Assembly (NCBI GenBank): GCA_963666565.1
Contig: OY762911.1
Coordinates: forward strand, 3,872,001-3,936,000
Source of the DNA: Thermoanaerobaculia bacterium
GTDB taxonomy: Bacteria > Acidobacteriota > Thermoanaerobaculia > Multivoradales > Multivoraceae
DNA: 64,000 nucleotides
Reading direction: 5' to 3'
Under the pieces are notes generated by a model. It saw only the letters and a program-made list of their open reading frames with translations. It was not told where the DNA came from and made no database searches. The first letter of the stretch is position 1, and the number at the start of each line of letters is the position of its first letter. The position numbers and the translations under genes are program-made. Positions 23,176 to 33,402 of the stretch are shown here, piece by piece.

Positions 23176-25575
23176 GTGAGCGCCGCGCCATCGCGCACGG
23201 AACAGGCCGCCTCGTCGGTGCGCGGGGCTTCTGACCCGCTGCCGCCGGAGGCGGCCAGAAAGACGCGCCCGCCGTCAGGCCGGCGCCACTCTGGCGGCCA
23301 GTTCCCTGCGAGCCTTGGCGATCGCCTGCCGGCGACGGCGGGCAGAGCCTCGCCCGACGAGATCCTGGACCGCTTCCTCGACTGGGTCGCCGGGCTCGGC
23401 TTCGAGCTGTTCCCGGCGCAGGAGGAGGCGCTGATCGAGGTGATGGCGGGTCGCCACCTCGTGCTCGACACGCCGACCGGCTCCGGCAAGTCCCTGGTCG
23501 CCATGGCGATGCTCTGGAAGGGCCTGTGCGAGGGCCGCACCGGCTTCTACACGGCCCCGGTCAAGGCCCTGGCTTCCGAGCAGTTCTTCCGCATGTGCAA
23601 CGACTTCGGCGCCGAGCGGGTGGGCATGCTGACCGGCGACGCCAGCATCAACCCGGAGGCGCCGATCGTCTGCTGCACCGCCGAGGTGCTCGCGAACATG
23701 GCTCTGCGCCGGGGCGCGGACCTGCCCGTCGACTACGTCGTGATGGACGAGTTCCACTTCTACGCGGATCCCGCCCGCGGCGTGTCCTGGCAGGTGCCCC
23801 TGATCGCGCTTCCCGACACGACCTTCCTGCTGATGTCTGCGACGCTCGGCAACATGGCGCCGATCGGCGAGGCCCTGGAGCGCGCGACGGGCCGTTCCGT
23901 GGCGATCGTCAGGAGCAAGGACCGGCCGGTGCCGCTCGAGTTCGAGTACCGCGAGACGCCGCTTCACGTCACGATCGAGGAACTCGCGAGCGCCGGCCGG
24001 GCGCCCATCTACGTCGTCAACTTCACCCAGCAGGACTGCGCGCGGCTCGCCCAGAACCTGACCAGCCTGAGACTCTGTTCCCGGGAGGAGAAGAAGGCGA
24101 TCTTCACGGAGATCGGGGACTTCCGCTTCGACACCGCCTACGGCAGGGACATCCGGCGCTTCCTCGGCTTCGGCGTCGGCATCCACCACGCCGGGCTGCT
24201 GCCGAAGTACCGGCTGCTGGTCGAGAAGCTCGCGCAGGCGGGGCTGCTCAAGGTGATCGCCGGCACGGACACGCTGGGCGTCGGCGTCAACGTGCCAATC
24301 CGCACCGTCCTCTTCCGGCAGCTCTGCAAGTTCGACGGCGAGCAGGACACGATTCTCAAGGTGCGCGACTTCCAGCAGATCGCCGGCCGCGCCGGCCGCA
24401 AGGGCTTCGACGAACGCGGCTGGGTCGTGTGCCAGGCGCCCGCACACGAGATCGAGAACCGGCGCAGGAGTCTGAAAGCGAGAAGCTCGCCGCGCGGCCG
24501 GGGCCGCAAGCCGGTCCGCAAGCGGCCGCCGCCGCGCGGCTTCGTCCCCTGGAATGAGCGCACGTTCGAGCGCCTCGCGACCAGTCCCCCCGAGACTCTG
24601 GAATCCCGCTTCCGGCTCCGCCACGGCATGGTCTTCGACCTGATCCAGGCCGACGAGTCCTCCCGCGACGGCGGTCGCGGCGCGAACTTCGACTCGTTGC
24701 GGCGGCTGATCGCCGCCTGCCACGAAGCCCCGGCGAGGAAGAGCCGCCTGCTCGGCCAGTCGGCGGGACTCGTGCGGTCGCTGCACCGCGCCGGCATCGT
24801 CCGCATGGCGGCGCGGCCGGGCGGCGGCTACCGCGTCGAGGCCGACCGCGACCTCCAGATCGAGTTCTCGATGCACCAGCATCTGTCGCTCTACCTCGTC
24901 TCGACCCTGGAACTGCTCGACCCGGAAGAACCGGACTACGACCTGAACGTGCTCAGCCTGGTCGAGGCGATCCTGGAGGACCCGGGCATCGTGCTGCGCC
25001 GCCAGGCCGCGAAGCTGCGCGACGAGCTCGCCGCCAGGCTCAAGGCGAAGCGGATGCCGTTCGAGGAGAGGATGGAGCGACTGCGGCAGGTCACCCACCC
25101 CCGGCCCCTGGCCGACCTGATCGAACCGACGTTCGAGGAGTTCCGGCGTTCCCACCCCTGGGTTCAGGGCGACTCGGTGCGGCCGAAGCGGGTCGGCCGC
25201 GAGGTCTGCGAAGACTCCCTGAGCTTCGACGACTTCATCCGGCGTTACGGCCTGCAGCGCTCCGAGGGCGTCGTCCTCCGCTACCTGAGCCGCCTGTTCA
25301 AGGTGCTGAGCCGCGGCGTTCCGGACCGGTTCAGGACGGAGGCCGTGCTCGACCGGATCGGCTATCTGCGCGACCTGCTCACGGCGGTCGACAGCAGCCT
25401 CCTGGACGAATGGGAACGGCTGGCGGCGCTGGAGGAGGCGGTCGCGGCCGGCGCCGGCGACGGGGCCGGCGGATCTACCGGCGACGCCCCACGCCGAGCT
25501 TGGGACACCACTCCTCCACCGGACAGCGGGAGCACCACGGACTCACCGGCGCGCAGAGCTTCTGGCCGAAACTGA
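23176..25575 (+). CDS. Ski2-like DExH helicase with DUF3516 C-terminus
   Basis: TPTGSGKS, APVKAL, DEFH, MSAT, HHAGLLP, QIAGRAGR, VDSSLLDEWE. Start is uncertain; a degenerate REP lies at 23216-23239. Confidence 0.9.
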   Translation: MSAAPSRTEQAASSVRGASDPLPPEAARKTRPPSGRRHSGGQFPASLGDRLPATAGRASPDEILDRFLDWVAGLGFELFPAQEEALIEVMAGRHLVLDTPTGSGKSLVAMAMLWKGLCEGRTGFYTAPVKALASEQFFRMCNDFGAERVGMLTGDASINPEAPIVCCTAEVLANMALRRGADLPVDYVVMDEFHFYADPARGVSWQVPLIALPDTTFLLMSATLGNMAPIGEALERATGRSVAIVRSKDRPVPLEFEYRETPLHVTIEELASAGRAPIYVVNFTQQDCARLAQNLTSLRLCSREEKKAIFTEIGDFRFDTAYGRDIRRFLGFGVGIHHAGLLPKYRLLVEKLAQAGLLKVIAGTDTLGVGVNVPIRTVLFRQLCKFDGEQDTILKVRDFQQIAGRAGRKGFDERGWVVCQAPAHEIENRRRSLKARSSPRGRGRKPVRKRPPPRGFVPWNERTFERLATSPPETLESRFRLRHGMVFDLIQADESSRDGGRGANFDSLRRLIAACHEAPARKSRLLGQSAGLVRSLHRAGIVRMAARPGGGYRVEADRDLQIEFSMHQHLSLYLVSTLELLDPEEPDYDLNVLSLVEAILEDPGIVLRRQAAKLRDELAARLKAKRMPFEERMERLRQVTHPRPLADLIEPTFEEFRRSHPWVQGDSVRPKRVGREVCEDSLSFDDFIRRYGLQRSEGVVLRYLSRLFKVLSRGVPDRFRTEAVLDRIGYLRDLLTAVDSSLLDEWERLAALEEAVAAGAGDGAGGSTGDAPRRAWDTTPPPDSGSTTDSPARRASGRN

Positions 25576-26152
25576 CGAGGGTCTTGTTCAGGCCGATCCA
25601 CTGGCTGCGCGGCAGCTTCGCGCGCAACGCCATCTCCGTCTCGAGCGGGGTCTTCGTGTCCACGTAGCCCCAGAGATTCACGATCCGGTGCACGTGGGTG
25701 TCGACGCAGATGCCGGGGCGGCGGAACCCCTCGGTGACGACCAGGTTGGCCGTCTTGCGGCCGACGCCGGGGAGTTCGACCAGCTCCTCGACGGTGCGGG
25801 GCACCTCGCCGCCGAACCGCTCGCGCAGCACCGTCATCGCGAGCTTCAGGTTCTTCGCCTTCGTGCGATAGAAGCCGACCGGGAAGATCAGCCGTTCGAG
25901 TTCCGCCCGCGGCAGCGCGCCGATCTCCTCCGGCGTCGAAGCCGCCTCGAACAGGCGCCGGGTCGCCCCCGCCGTCGCCTCGTCCTTTGTCCGGGCGCTC
26001 AGGATCGTCGAGACCAGCACCTTGAAGGGATCGCGCTCGGTCTCCGCGATCAGCGTGACGATCGGCAGTTCGGAACCCTCCAGATGCCGCCGGATGCGGC
26101 GCAGCATCGCCGCCAGTCGGCGGTTCGAGGGCGGCGTCGGCGACGGAGGCAC
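25475..26152 (-). CDS. nth: Endonuclease III
   Basis: HhH LPGVGRKTAN, VDTHVHR, 4Fe-4S motif C-x6-C-x2-C-x5-C. GTG at 26152 or ATG at 26107. Confidence 0.93.
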   Translation of the reverse strand: MPPSPTPPSNRRLAAMLRRIRRHLEGSELPIVTLIAETERDPFKVLVSTILSARTKDEATAGATRRLFEAASTPEEIGALPRAELERLIFPVGFYRTKAKNLKLAMTVLRERFGGEVPRTVEELVELPGVGRKTANLVVTEGFRRPGICVDTHVHRIVNLWGYVDTKTPLETEMALRAKLPRSQWIGLNKTLVSFGQKLCAPVSPWCSRCPVEEWCPKLGVGRRR

Positions 26153-26233
26153 GGCGGTCGTGAGAATACCGCCGCGCGCGCCCCGAAGGCCTCGCCGGCG
26201 CGCAGGGAACCGGCCGCCAACCCGGCTCACACC

Positions 26234-26257
26234 GGGAGCGCGGGTCTTCTGACCCGC
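26234..26257 (-). repeat. REP-like hairpin, family A variant
   Basis: GGGAGCGCGGGTCTTCTGACCCGC. Confidence 0.8.
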
Positions 26258-26296
26258 TGCCGGCGTAGCCGGCCCGGGTACTGCTAGCTTGGGGCG

Positions 26297-27211
26297 GTGA
26301 ACGTGGCCGTCAGCGGCGCCTCCGGCCTGATCGGCGGCGCCCTCGCCCGGAGCTGCGAAGCCGCGGGCGATCGCTGCCGCCGGCTGGTGCGCCGCGCGCC
26401 CTCCGGCCCGGACGAACTCGAATGGCGGCCCGAATGCGGCCTGATGGACGCGGATGCGGCTTCCGGCCTCGACGTTCTGGTCCACCTGGCCGGCGAGAAC
26501 GTCGCCGGCGGCCGCTGGACCGCCACGCGCAGGCGCCGGATCGGCGCCTCCCGCGGCCCTGCGACGCGTCGGCTGGTCGAGTCGCTGGGTCGCCTCGAGC
26601 GACCGCCGCGGGTCTTCGTCTGCGCCTCCGCGGTGGGCTACTACGGCGATCGCGGCAACGAACTCCTGGACGAGACGTCCGCCGCCGGCGCCGGTTTTCT
26701 CGCCTCCGTGTGCCGGGACTGGGAGGCCGCAGCCCTGACCGCGGCCGAGGTCTGCGAGCGCGTGGCGATGCTGCGCTTCGGCGTCGTGCTCTCGGCCCGC
26801 GGCGGCGCCCTGGCCAGGATGCTGCCTCCGTTCCGGCTCGGGTTCGGCGGCCGCCTCGGATCCGGCCGGCAGTACTTTCCCTGGATCCACCTCGACGACG
26901 CGGTGGCCGCGATCCGGCACGTGACGGAACTGGACGTCCGCGGCGCGGTGAACCTCGCCGCCCCGGAACAGGTCGTGAACGCCGGCCTGACCCGGACCCT
27001 CGCCAACACCCTGGGCCGGCCGGCCCTGCTCCCGGCGCCCTCCCCGCTCCTCCGGCTGGCCTTCGGCGAGATGGCGCGGGAGACGCTCCTCGCCAGCGCG
27101 AGAGTCGTCCCCGGGGTGCTGCGGGAGACCGGCTTCCAGTACCGGTATCCCACGCTGGAAGCGGCGCTCGCCCGCGAACTGACCGGGGGCCGCGAGGCCG
27201 GCTATCGCTAG
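26297..27211 (+). CDS. TIGR01777 family NAD-dependent epimerase (YfcH-like)
   Basis: SGASGLIG, VHLAGEN, ASAVGYYG, GSGRQYFPWIH. Confidence 0.92.
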   Translation: MNVAVSGASGLIGGALARSCEAAGDRCRRLVRRAPSGPDELEWRPECGLMDADAASGLDVLVHLAGENVAGGRWTATRRRRIGASRGPATRRLVESLGRLERPPRVFVCASAVGYYGDRGNELLDETSAAGAGFLASVCRDWEAAALTAAEVCERVAMLRFGVVLSARGGALARMLPPFRLGFGGRLGSGRQYFPWIHLDDAVAAIRHVTELDVRGAVNLAAPEQVVNAGLTRTLANTLGRPALLPAPSPLLRLAFGEMARETLLASARVVPGVLRETGFQYRYPTLEAALARELTGGREAGYR

Positions 27212-27338
27212 AATCCGGGAAGCGAAACGGCGCCCGGCGCGTTGCCCACTCGCGAGAGTGCTGCCGGCAGGCCGCCACGCCGGCGCCAAGGCAGGGCCGG
27301 CACTCCCGGCCGACCGACGCCCGACTACCCGCTGAACC

Positions 27339-28064
27339 ATGGCCTTCAAGCTCGAGAGACGCAAGACCGCCGGGTCGAAGTCCGCGCCCGGATCGCTGCA
27401 TCTGGGCGGCGCCCCGTACGAATTGCCGCCGGAGAACCGGACCCCGCTGCGGATCGCGGTCGTCGCGACGATCCTCTTTCACGCCCTGCTGTTCGTCATC
27501 AGCTTCCCCAGCGTCCGGCCGCGCGCACTCCAGGCCGCGCAGGCGCCGAAGGCGTTCGTCGTCCAGGCCGTCCGCTTCAAGCCGCCGCCGCCCGCCAAGG
27601 CGGAGCCCATTCCGAAGCGCAAGACGAAGAAGATCCCGATTCCCGACCCGACTCCCGACGAGCCCGAGCCCCTGATCCGCGAGCAGCTCTTCGAGGCGCC
27701 GCAACTGGAGATCGACGGCATCGCCGACGTCCTGTTCGACCTCCCCGAAGCCCCCTCGCCCGCCGGACCGCCGGGCACCATGTGGGTCGAAGGCGACGTC
27801 CTGCCCCCGAAGAAGACCTACGCGCCGCTGCCCAACTACACCGAAGAGGCGCGCCAGGCACGCATCCAGGGCGTCGTCATCCTGCAGGCCGTCGTCGATG
27901 CCCTGGGCAACGTCGGCTACGTCAAGGTGCTCAAGGGCCTGCCGGAGGGCCTCACCGAATCCGCCGTCCAGGTCGTCCAGGAGTGGCGCTACGAACCCGC
28001 CACTCTGGACGGCGAACCGGTGCCGGTCTACATCAACCTGACGGTCAACTTCTCGCTGCAGTAG
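27339..28064 (+). CDS. TonB family energy transducer
   Basis: TM with His, Pro/Lys-rich linker, PNYTEEARQARIQGVV C-terminal TonB domain. Confidence 0.9.
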   Translation: MAFKLERRKTAGSKSAPGSLHLGGAPYELPPENRTPLRIAVVATILFHALLFVISFPSVRPRALQAAQAPKAFVVQAVRFKPPPPAKAEPIPKRKTKKIPIPDPTPDEPEPLIREQLFEAPQLEIDGIADVLFDLPEAPSPAGPPGTMWVEGDVLPPKKTYAPLPNYTEEARQARIQGVVILQAVVDALGNVGYVKVLKGLPEGLTESAVQVVQEWRYEPATLDGEPVPVYINLTVNFSLQ

Positions 28065-28072
28065 CGCGGTTC

Positions 28073-28120
28073 GGCGCGATGGCGCGATGGCGCGGCGGCG
28101 CGGCGGCGCGGCGGCGCGAC
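28073..28120 (+). repeat. Tandem octamer repeat (GGCGCGRY)x6
   Basis: ggcgcgat ggcgcgat ggcgcggc ggcgcggc ggcgcggc ggcgcgac. Confidence 0.85.
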
Positions 28121-28133
28121 GGCGGTCGGACCC

Positions 28134-28309
28134 GCCCGCGCCGAGGCCGGGGGGAGGGTCCCGGCGGACGCTCGCGCCTTCCCGGTGGAGGTAGAGACGG
28201 GCGCTCGCTTCGGTCGGCTGCGCTCCGCTGCGCGGCCGGTGGATGGACGGACATGGGCAGTCGCTGGCCTCCAGCCCGCCGGGACCCTCCCCCCGGCCTC
28301 AGTGCGGGC
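28134..28309. repeat. 176-bp element bounded by 34-bp inverted repeats (MITE/REPIN-like)
   Basis: Arms 28134-28167 and 28276-28309 match 32/34 as reverse complements. Confidence 0.75.
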
Positions 28310-28355
28310 CGGACGTAGAGGCGCGCGTTGTGTTGCACTTGTGCAAGTCAAGACT

Positions 28356-28554
28356 GTTTGTGGGACACTTTTTGACGCCAAGTGTTCCACAAACCAGTTT
28401 GACGGACAGAAGTGCTCCACAAACGAAGATCTCCATTCCCGTCCGTTCCTGTCGTCGCGCACCACTTGTACGTCGACGAGATTTGTGGAACGATTACGCA
28501 CTTCAAGTGTCCGACAAACCAGTTTGACGGACAAAAATGCTCCACAACGAAGAT
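28356..28554. repeat. Array of eight AAGTGYTCCACAAAC-like boxes in alternating orientation (two modules 125 bp apart)
   Basis: Boxes start at 28356(-), 28380(+), 28397(-), 28410(+), 28481(-), 28505(+), 28522(-), 28535(+); AT-richer than flanks. Confidence 0.8.
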
Positions 28555-28576
28555 TCGTCCAGAGACTCAAGCGCCC

Positions 28577-29692
28577 ATGACGCCAGCTCACTACCAACCC
28601 GAGAGCTTCCCACCCGACGACCGGCTCGACTGGGCCTCCCTGGTGCCCTTGATCGGCTCGGCGTCGGTCGCGGTCGCCCGCTACGACGGCTTGCTGGAGG
28701 CAGTGCCCAACGCGGACATCCTCGTCGCCCCCTTGGGCGACCGTGAAGCCGTCCTGTCGTCGCGCATCGAAGGCACGCAGGCAAGTACGCGCCAAGTTCT
28801 CGAGTACGAAGCCGGCCAGGAGCCCCCCTCCGCCGAGCTTCGCGACGACATCATCGAGATCCTGAACTACCGTGCGGCGATGCGCGAGGCTCAGATCCTC
28901 CTCAGAGAGCTCCCGCTGTGCCTCAAGGTCATGCGCCTCGCCCATGGCGTCCTCCTGCGTGGCGCCCGGGGCAGAAGTCACTCTCCCGGCGAGTTCCGGC
29001 GCATTCCGAACTGGATCGGCCCACCCGGCTGCCCCATCGACAAGGCCACCTTCGTTCCCATCGAAGCCGGCGAGCTGCCCGCAGCACTGGACCGGTGGGA
29101 GAAGTACCTCCACGAACGCCAGTTGGACCCACTGGTCCAACTCGCGGTCCTGCACGCCGAGTTCGAGGCCCTGCACCCCTTCCTCGACGGCAACGGCCGG
29201 CTGGGGCGCATGCTGGTGCCGCTCTATCTCTGGCAGAAGGGCATCATCCACCGGCCCAGCTTCTACATCAGCGGGTTCCTGGAAGCGAATCGCTCCGTCT
29301 ACTACGAACGTCTTCTTGCCGTGTCCCGCGACGACGACTGGACGGGCTGGTGCCGGTTCTTCCTGGAAGCGGTGCTGGCTCAGGCCAAGGACAGCACCGC
29401 CAGGGCGCGGAGAATCCTCGATCTGTACGAAGAAACCAAGCGTCGCGTAGCGAGCCTGACCCATGCGCGCTACGCCATCGCCGCACTCGACTTCGTCTTC
29501 CAGAACCCCATCTGCACCGCCGCCGACTTCAGCGCTCGCCGCGACGTTCCGATCTACGCCGCGCGCCGCATTCTGAACGCATTCCGCGAAGACGGCATCC
29601 TGCGGTTCACGCGCCCGGCCAGCGGCCGTCGCTCCGCGATCTTCGAGTTCACCGACCTCCTCGAAATCGCGGACGGCGATCTGGAACCATGA
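28577..29692 (+). CDS. Class II Fic family protein with C-terminal HTH-like region
   Basis: Canonical HPFLDGNGRLGR motif; N-terminal inhibitory SSRIEG motif. Confidence 0.93.
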   Translation: MTPAHYQPESFPPDDRLDWASLVPLIGSASVAVARYDGLLEAVPNADILVAPLGDREAVLSSRIEGTQASTRQVLEYEAGQEPPSAELRDDIIEILNYRAAMREAQILLRELPLCLKVMRLAHGVLLRGARGRSHSPGEFRRIPNWIGPPGCPIDKATFVPIEAGELPAALDRWEKYLHERQLDPLVQLAVLHAEFEALHPFLDGNGRLGRMLVPLYLWQKGIIHRPSFYISGFLEANRSVYYERLLAVSRDDDWTGWCRFFLEAVLAQAKDSTARARRILDLYEETKRRVASLTHARYAIAALDFVFQNPICTAADFSARRDVPIYAARRILNAFREDGILRFTRPASGRRSAIFEFTDLLEIADGDLEP

Positions 29693-29714
29693 AGAACGCC
29701 CGCGCCAGCCGCCG

Positions 29715-32623
29715 ATGAGACTCTCCTGGAACGAGATCCGCCCCCGCGCCGCCGAGTTCGCCCGCAAGTGGGCCGATGCCGGCTACGAGAAGGGCGAGAC
29801 GCAGAGCTTCTACAACGCCTTCTTCCGGATCTTCGGCGTCGAGCGGCGCAGCGTCGCCCGCTACGAGGAGCACGTCAAGCGTCTGGACGACTCGCAGGGC
29901 TTCATCGACCTGTTCTGGCCGGGGGTGCTGCTGGTCGAGCAGAAAAGCGCCGGCCGGGATCTCGCCGCGGCGCGCCGTCAGGCGCTCTCCTACTTCGACG
30001 CCCTGAAGGAGCACGAGCGGCCCCGCTACCTGCTGCTGTGCGACTTCCGGAACTTCGAACTGCTCGATCTCGACGAAGACGAAGAGTCGCGGTTCACGCT
30101 CGCCGAGTTGCCGGAGCACGTCGAGAAGTTCGGCTTCATCCTCGGCGTCCAGCGCCGCGCGTTCCGCGACCAGGATCCGGTCAACGTCGAAGCGTCCGAA
30201 CTGATGGCCCGGCTCCACGACCGGCTGCTGGAGACCGGCTACGGCGGTCACGACCTGGAGCTGTTCCTGGTGCGGACGGTGTTCTGCCTCTTCGCCGACG
30301 ACACGGGGATCTTCGAGCCCCGGGATCAGCTTCTGGAACTCCTCGAACAGCGCACCGCGGAAGACGGCAGCGACCTCGGCGGCTGGCTGGCCCGCCTGTT
30401 CCAGGTGCTGAACACGCCGGAAGACCGCCGCCAGGCGACCCTGGACGAGGATCTCGCCCGTTTCCCCTACGTCAACGGCGACCTGTTCGCCGAGACCCTG
30501 TCGATCCCCGAATTCGACGCCGGGATGCGCGTCGCCCTGCTCGACGCCTGCCGCTTCGACTGGACCGCGATCTCGCCGGCCATCTTCGGCACGCTGTTCC
30601 AGTCCGTCATGGAACCGGCCGAGCAGCGGATCAAGGGCAGCCACTACACGTCGGAGGCGACGTCCTGAAGGTCATCGAGCCCCTGTTCCTGGACGACCTG
30701 CGCGGCGAGTTCGAGCGGCTCAGGCGGAGCCGCGGCACCCGCCGCAACGCCGAGCTCCACGCCTTCCGGCAGCGCCTGGGGAACCTGCGCTTCCTCGACC
30801 CGGCCTGCGGCTGCGGCAACTTCCTCGTCATCGCCTACCGCGAGTTGCGGCAACTGGAGATTGAGGTGCTGCGGGAGCTCTACGCGCCGGGCCAGCTCGG
30901 CCTGCTCGCCGACGTGCTGTCGCTGGTCGACGTGGACCAGTTCTACGGCATTGACCTCGACGAGTTCCCGAAGCGCATCACCGAGATCGCGCTGTGGATG
31001 ATGGACCACATCATGAACAACCGGCTCAGCCTGGAGTTCGGAACGGCCTACGCCCGGATCCCCCTCACGAGTTCGCCTCGAATCGTCCGCGGCGACGCCC
31101 TGGAGCTCGACTGGGCCGGCGTGCTGCCGCCGCGGGACTGCGACGTCGTCCTCGGCAATCCGCCGTTCGGGGGGTCAAAGGTCCAGACGCCGGAACAGCG
31201 GGCACAGGTGCGGCGGATCGCCGGTCTCGGTAGGAGCGGCGGCACGCTGGACTACGTCACCGCCTGGTTCCTGAAGGCCGGCGAGTACCTGCGCGCGGGT
31301 CTCGATTCGGGCGCCGGAGAAGGTGACGCGGCGAGTGCCACGCCACCGGGCGCGGGTGCGTCGGCGGCTCGCTCGACCGGCGGCGCCCACCAAGCGGCCG
31401 GGCGACCTCCGCGAATCGGCTTCGTCGCCACGAACTCGATCACCCAGGGCGAGCAGGTGGCCCAGTTGTGGCCACTCGTCTTCGACCGGCTGGGCCTGGA
31501 GATCGCGTTTGCCCACCGCACGTTCTCCTGGCAGTCCGACATCCGCGGCATGGCGCACGTCCACGTCGTGATCGTCGGTCTCACGCTGGCCGCGGACGCG
31601 CCAGCCGACCGGCGACTGTTCTCGTATCCCGATCTGAAGGGCGACGCGGAGGAGAGCATCCACACGGCGATCTCGCCGTACCTGTTCGACGCGGACGGCC
31701 TCGCGGACCCGCACCTCGTCGTGCGGGAGACGGCGCGGCCACTGAACGGCTGGCCCGCCCTGCTGAGCGGTTCCCAGCCCATCGACAACGGGCACTACAT
31801 CTTCAATGCCGATCAGCGGACGGACTTCCTGGACGCGGAACCGTTGGCCGAGAAGTTCCTGCGGCCCTACATCGGCTCACGCGAGCATTTGCAGGGCCGC
31901 CCACGCTGGATCCTCGCACTCCAGGACGCCGAGCCGAACGAACTCGCGGCCATGCCGTCGGTCGTGCGGCGCGTCAGGGCCGTGAGAGAGTTCCGGAGCG
32001 GGAGCAAGAGAAAGGGCACGCTCGCGATCGCCGATCATCCCCGCCGCTACAACGTCGAGGTCCTCCCGACGAAGCCATTCCTCCTCGTCCCCGAGGTCAG
32101 TTCCGAACGTCGGGACTACGTGCCCATCGGCTGGCTTGAACCGCCCACGATCCCGAGCAACCTGGTCCGCATCATCGAGGGCACCGACAAACCGCTGTTC
32201 GCCCTCTTGACCTCCGCCATGCACATGGCCTGGCTGCGCCAGATCGGCGGCCGCCTGAAGAGCGACTACCGCTACTCCATCGGCCTCGTCTACAACACCT
32301 TCCCGCCGCCTACCGCCGAGCCCGAGGCGCTCGAACGCCTGACGCCCCTGGCCGACGCCGTGCTCGCGGCCCGCGCTGCCCACCCCGGCGCCACCCTCGC
32401 CGAGCTCTACGACCCGGACCTCATGCCCACGGACCTCCGCCGCGCCCACCAAGCGGTGGACCGCGCCGTCGATCGCCTCTACCGCCCGCGCCGATTCGAG
32501 ACGGAGAGCGAGCGCCTCGCCCATCTCTTGGCCGCCTACGAACGCCTCCAGGCGCCGATCACGGCACGGGCCGTCGGCAAGCCGAGGCGCCGTCTGAGAG
32601 GGAAGCGCACAAGAAGGCGATGA
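29715..32623 (+). pseudogene. MmeI/YeeA-like type IIL restriction-modification enzyme interrupted by a 1-nt frameshift near 30654-30660
   Basis: N half: GFIDLFWPGVLLVEQKS nuclease motif, YVNGDLF, IFGTLFQ, GSHYTSE. C half in the other frame: VLKVIEPLF, LDPACGCGNF, GNPPF, GRLKSDYRYS, LYDPDLMP. Confidence 0.85.
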
Positions 32624-32757
32624 ACGGGCGCATTCGGCCCAAGCGCCAGCGTTCGCAGAGTTGTCGCAGAGGGAGCAGGTCGTGCTGCGAAGCGTCTCGG
32701 CGTTCGCTTCTCGTGGACAGCAGGGACGGACTGCGGTTGCCTTTGATTGGGCAACGG

Positions 32758-33372
32758 TCAGCGTACGTCCGTGCCCACGCTTCCCGATTCCTCTCTCGGC
32801 TTCCGAGGCGCCGAAAGGGCTCGCTGAGGTGGCAGCGTAGAGTGCTCCTCTTCAGATCTCGCATCGTCCGGTTTGGAGCCCTCAATCGTCGGCGGCACAG
32901 CGGACGACATGCTCTTCCGCCGTTTCTCAGTCGGTTCACGCCGCGAAACAAACTGAGCTACCAAGGCCACGAGGGGCAGGAAGACCGCCAGGGCACCCCA
33001 CAGCGACTTGTCGTTTGCCAGCAGATAGCCGCCGAGCGCCAGCCCCGCCAACGCCACAATGAACGCGAAGACCTGACCGCGACTCTCCATCTTCTGGTCG
33101 TGCTCTTGGGCACTGCGCTGCACCTCGTGATCGTGCGCCTGCTGCTGCTCAGCAAGCTTGACAATGCGACCCCCAAGTCCCGCTTCAACTTCGTCATAGC
33201 CACTCAGGATCGAAGGTGCCGGAACCAGAGCGCTATGCGCCTGCAAGACATGCGTCTCGTCGGAACGACCAAGCTCAGTCGGCTCCAACCCGTCTGAAGG
33301 CACCTCTTCGGTCGACGGATGCGTTCCCGACGACACCGCCTCCTTGGCGGACCCCTGTTCTTGTTCTCCCAT
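32758..33372 (-). CDS. DUF2335-like membrane protein
   Basis: P.P..L.GY, IVKLAEQQQAHDH, followed by two TM helices. Confidence 0.75.
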   Translation of the reverse strand: MGEQEQGSAKEAVSSGTHPSTEEVPSDGLEPTELGRSDETHVLQAHSALVPAPSILSGYDEVEAGLGGRIVKLAEQQQAHDHEVQRSAQEHDQKMESRGQVFAFIVALAGLALGGYLLANDKSLWGALAVFLPLVALVAQFVSRREPTEKRRKSMSSAVPPTIEGSKPDDARSEEEHSTLPPQRALSAPRKPREESGSVGTDVR

Positions 33373-33402
33373 GGTGACCCTGCCGGGCGCTGCACTCTCC
33401 GG

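Noticed and set aside
25475-25575. 101-bp convergent overlap of helicase and nth
   Set aside because: The helicase tail is low-complexity; such stop drift is common in GC-rich genomes.
28356-28554. Box array as a CRISPR array or oriC DnaA-box cluster
   Set aside because: No repeat/unique-spacer periodicity and no cas genes; boxes share only TCCACA with TTATCCACA, and there is no dnaA/dnaN context.
30640-30680. Programmed frameshift or phase variation in the MmeI-like gene
   Set aside because: No homopolymer, SSR or X XXY YYZ slippery site at the junction.
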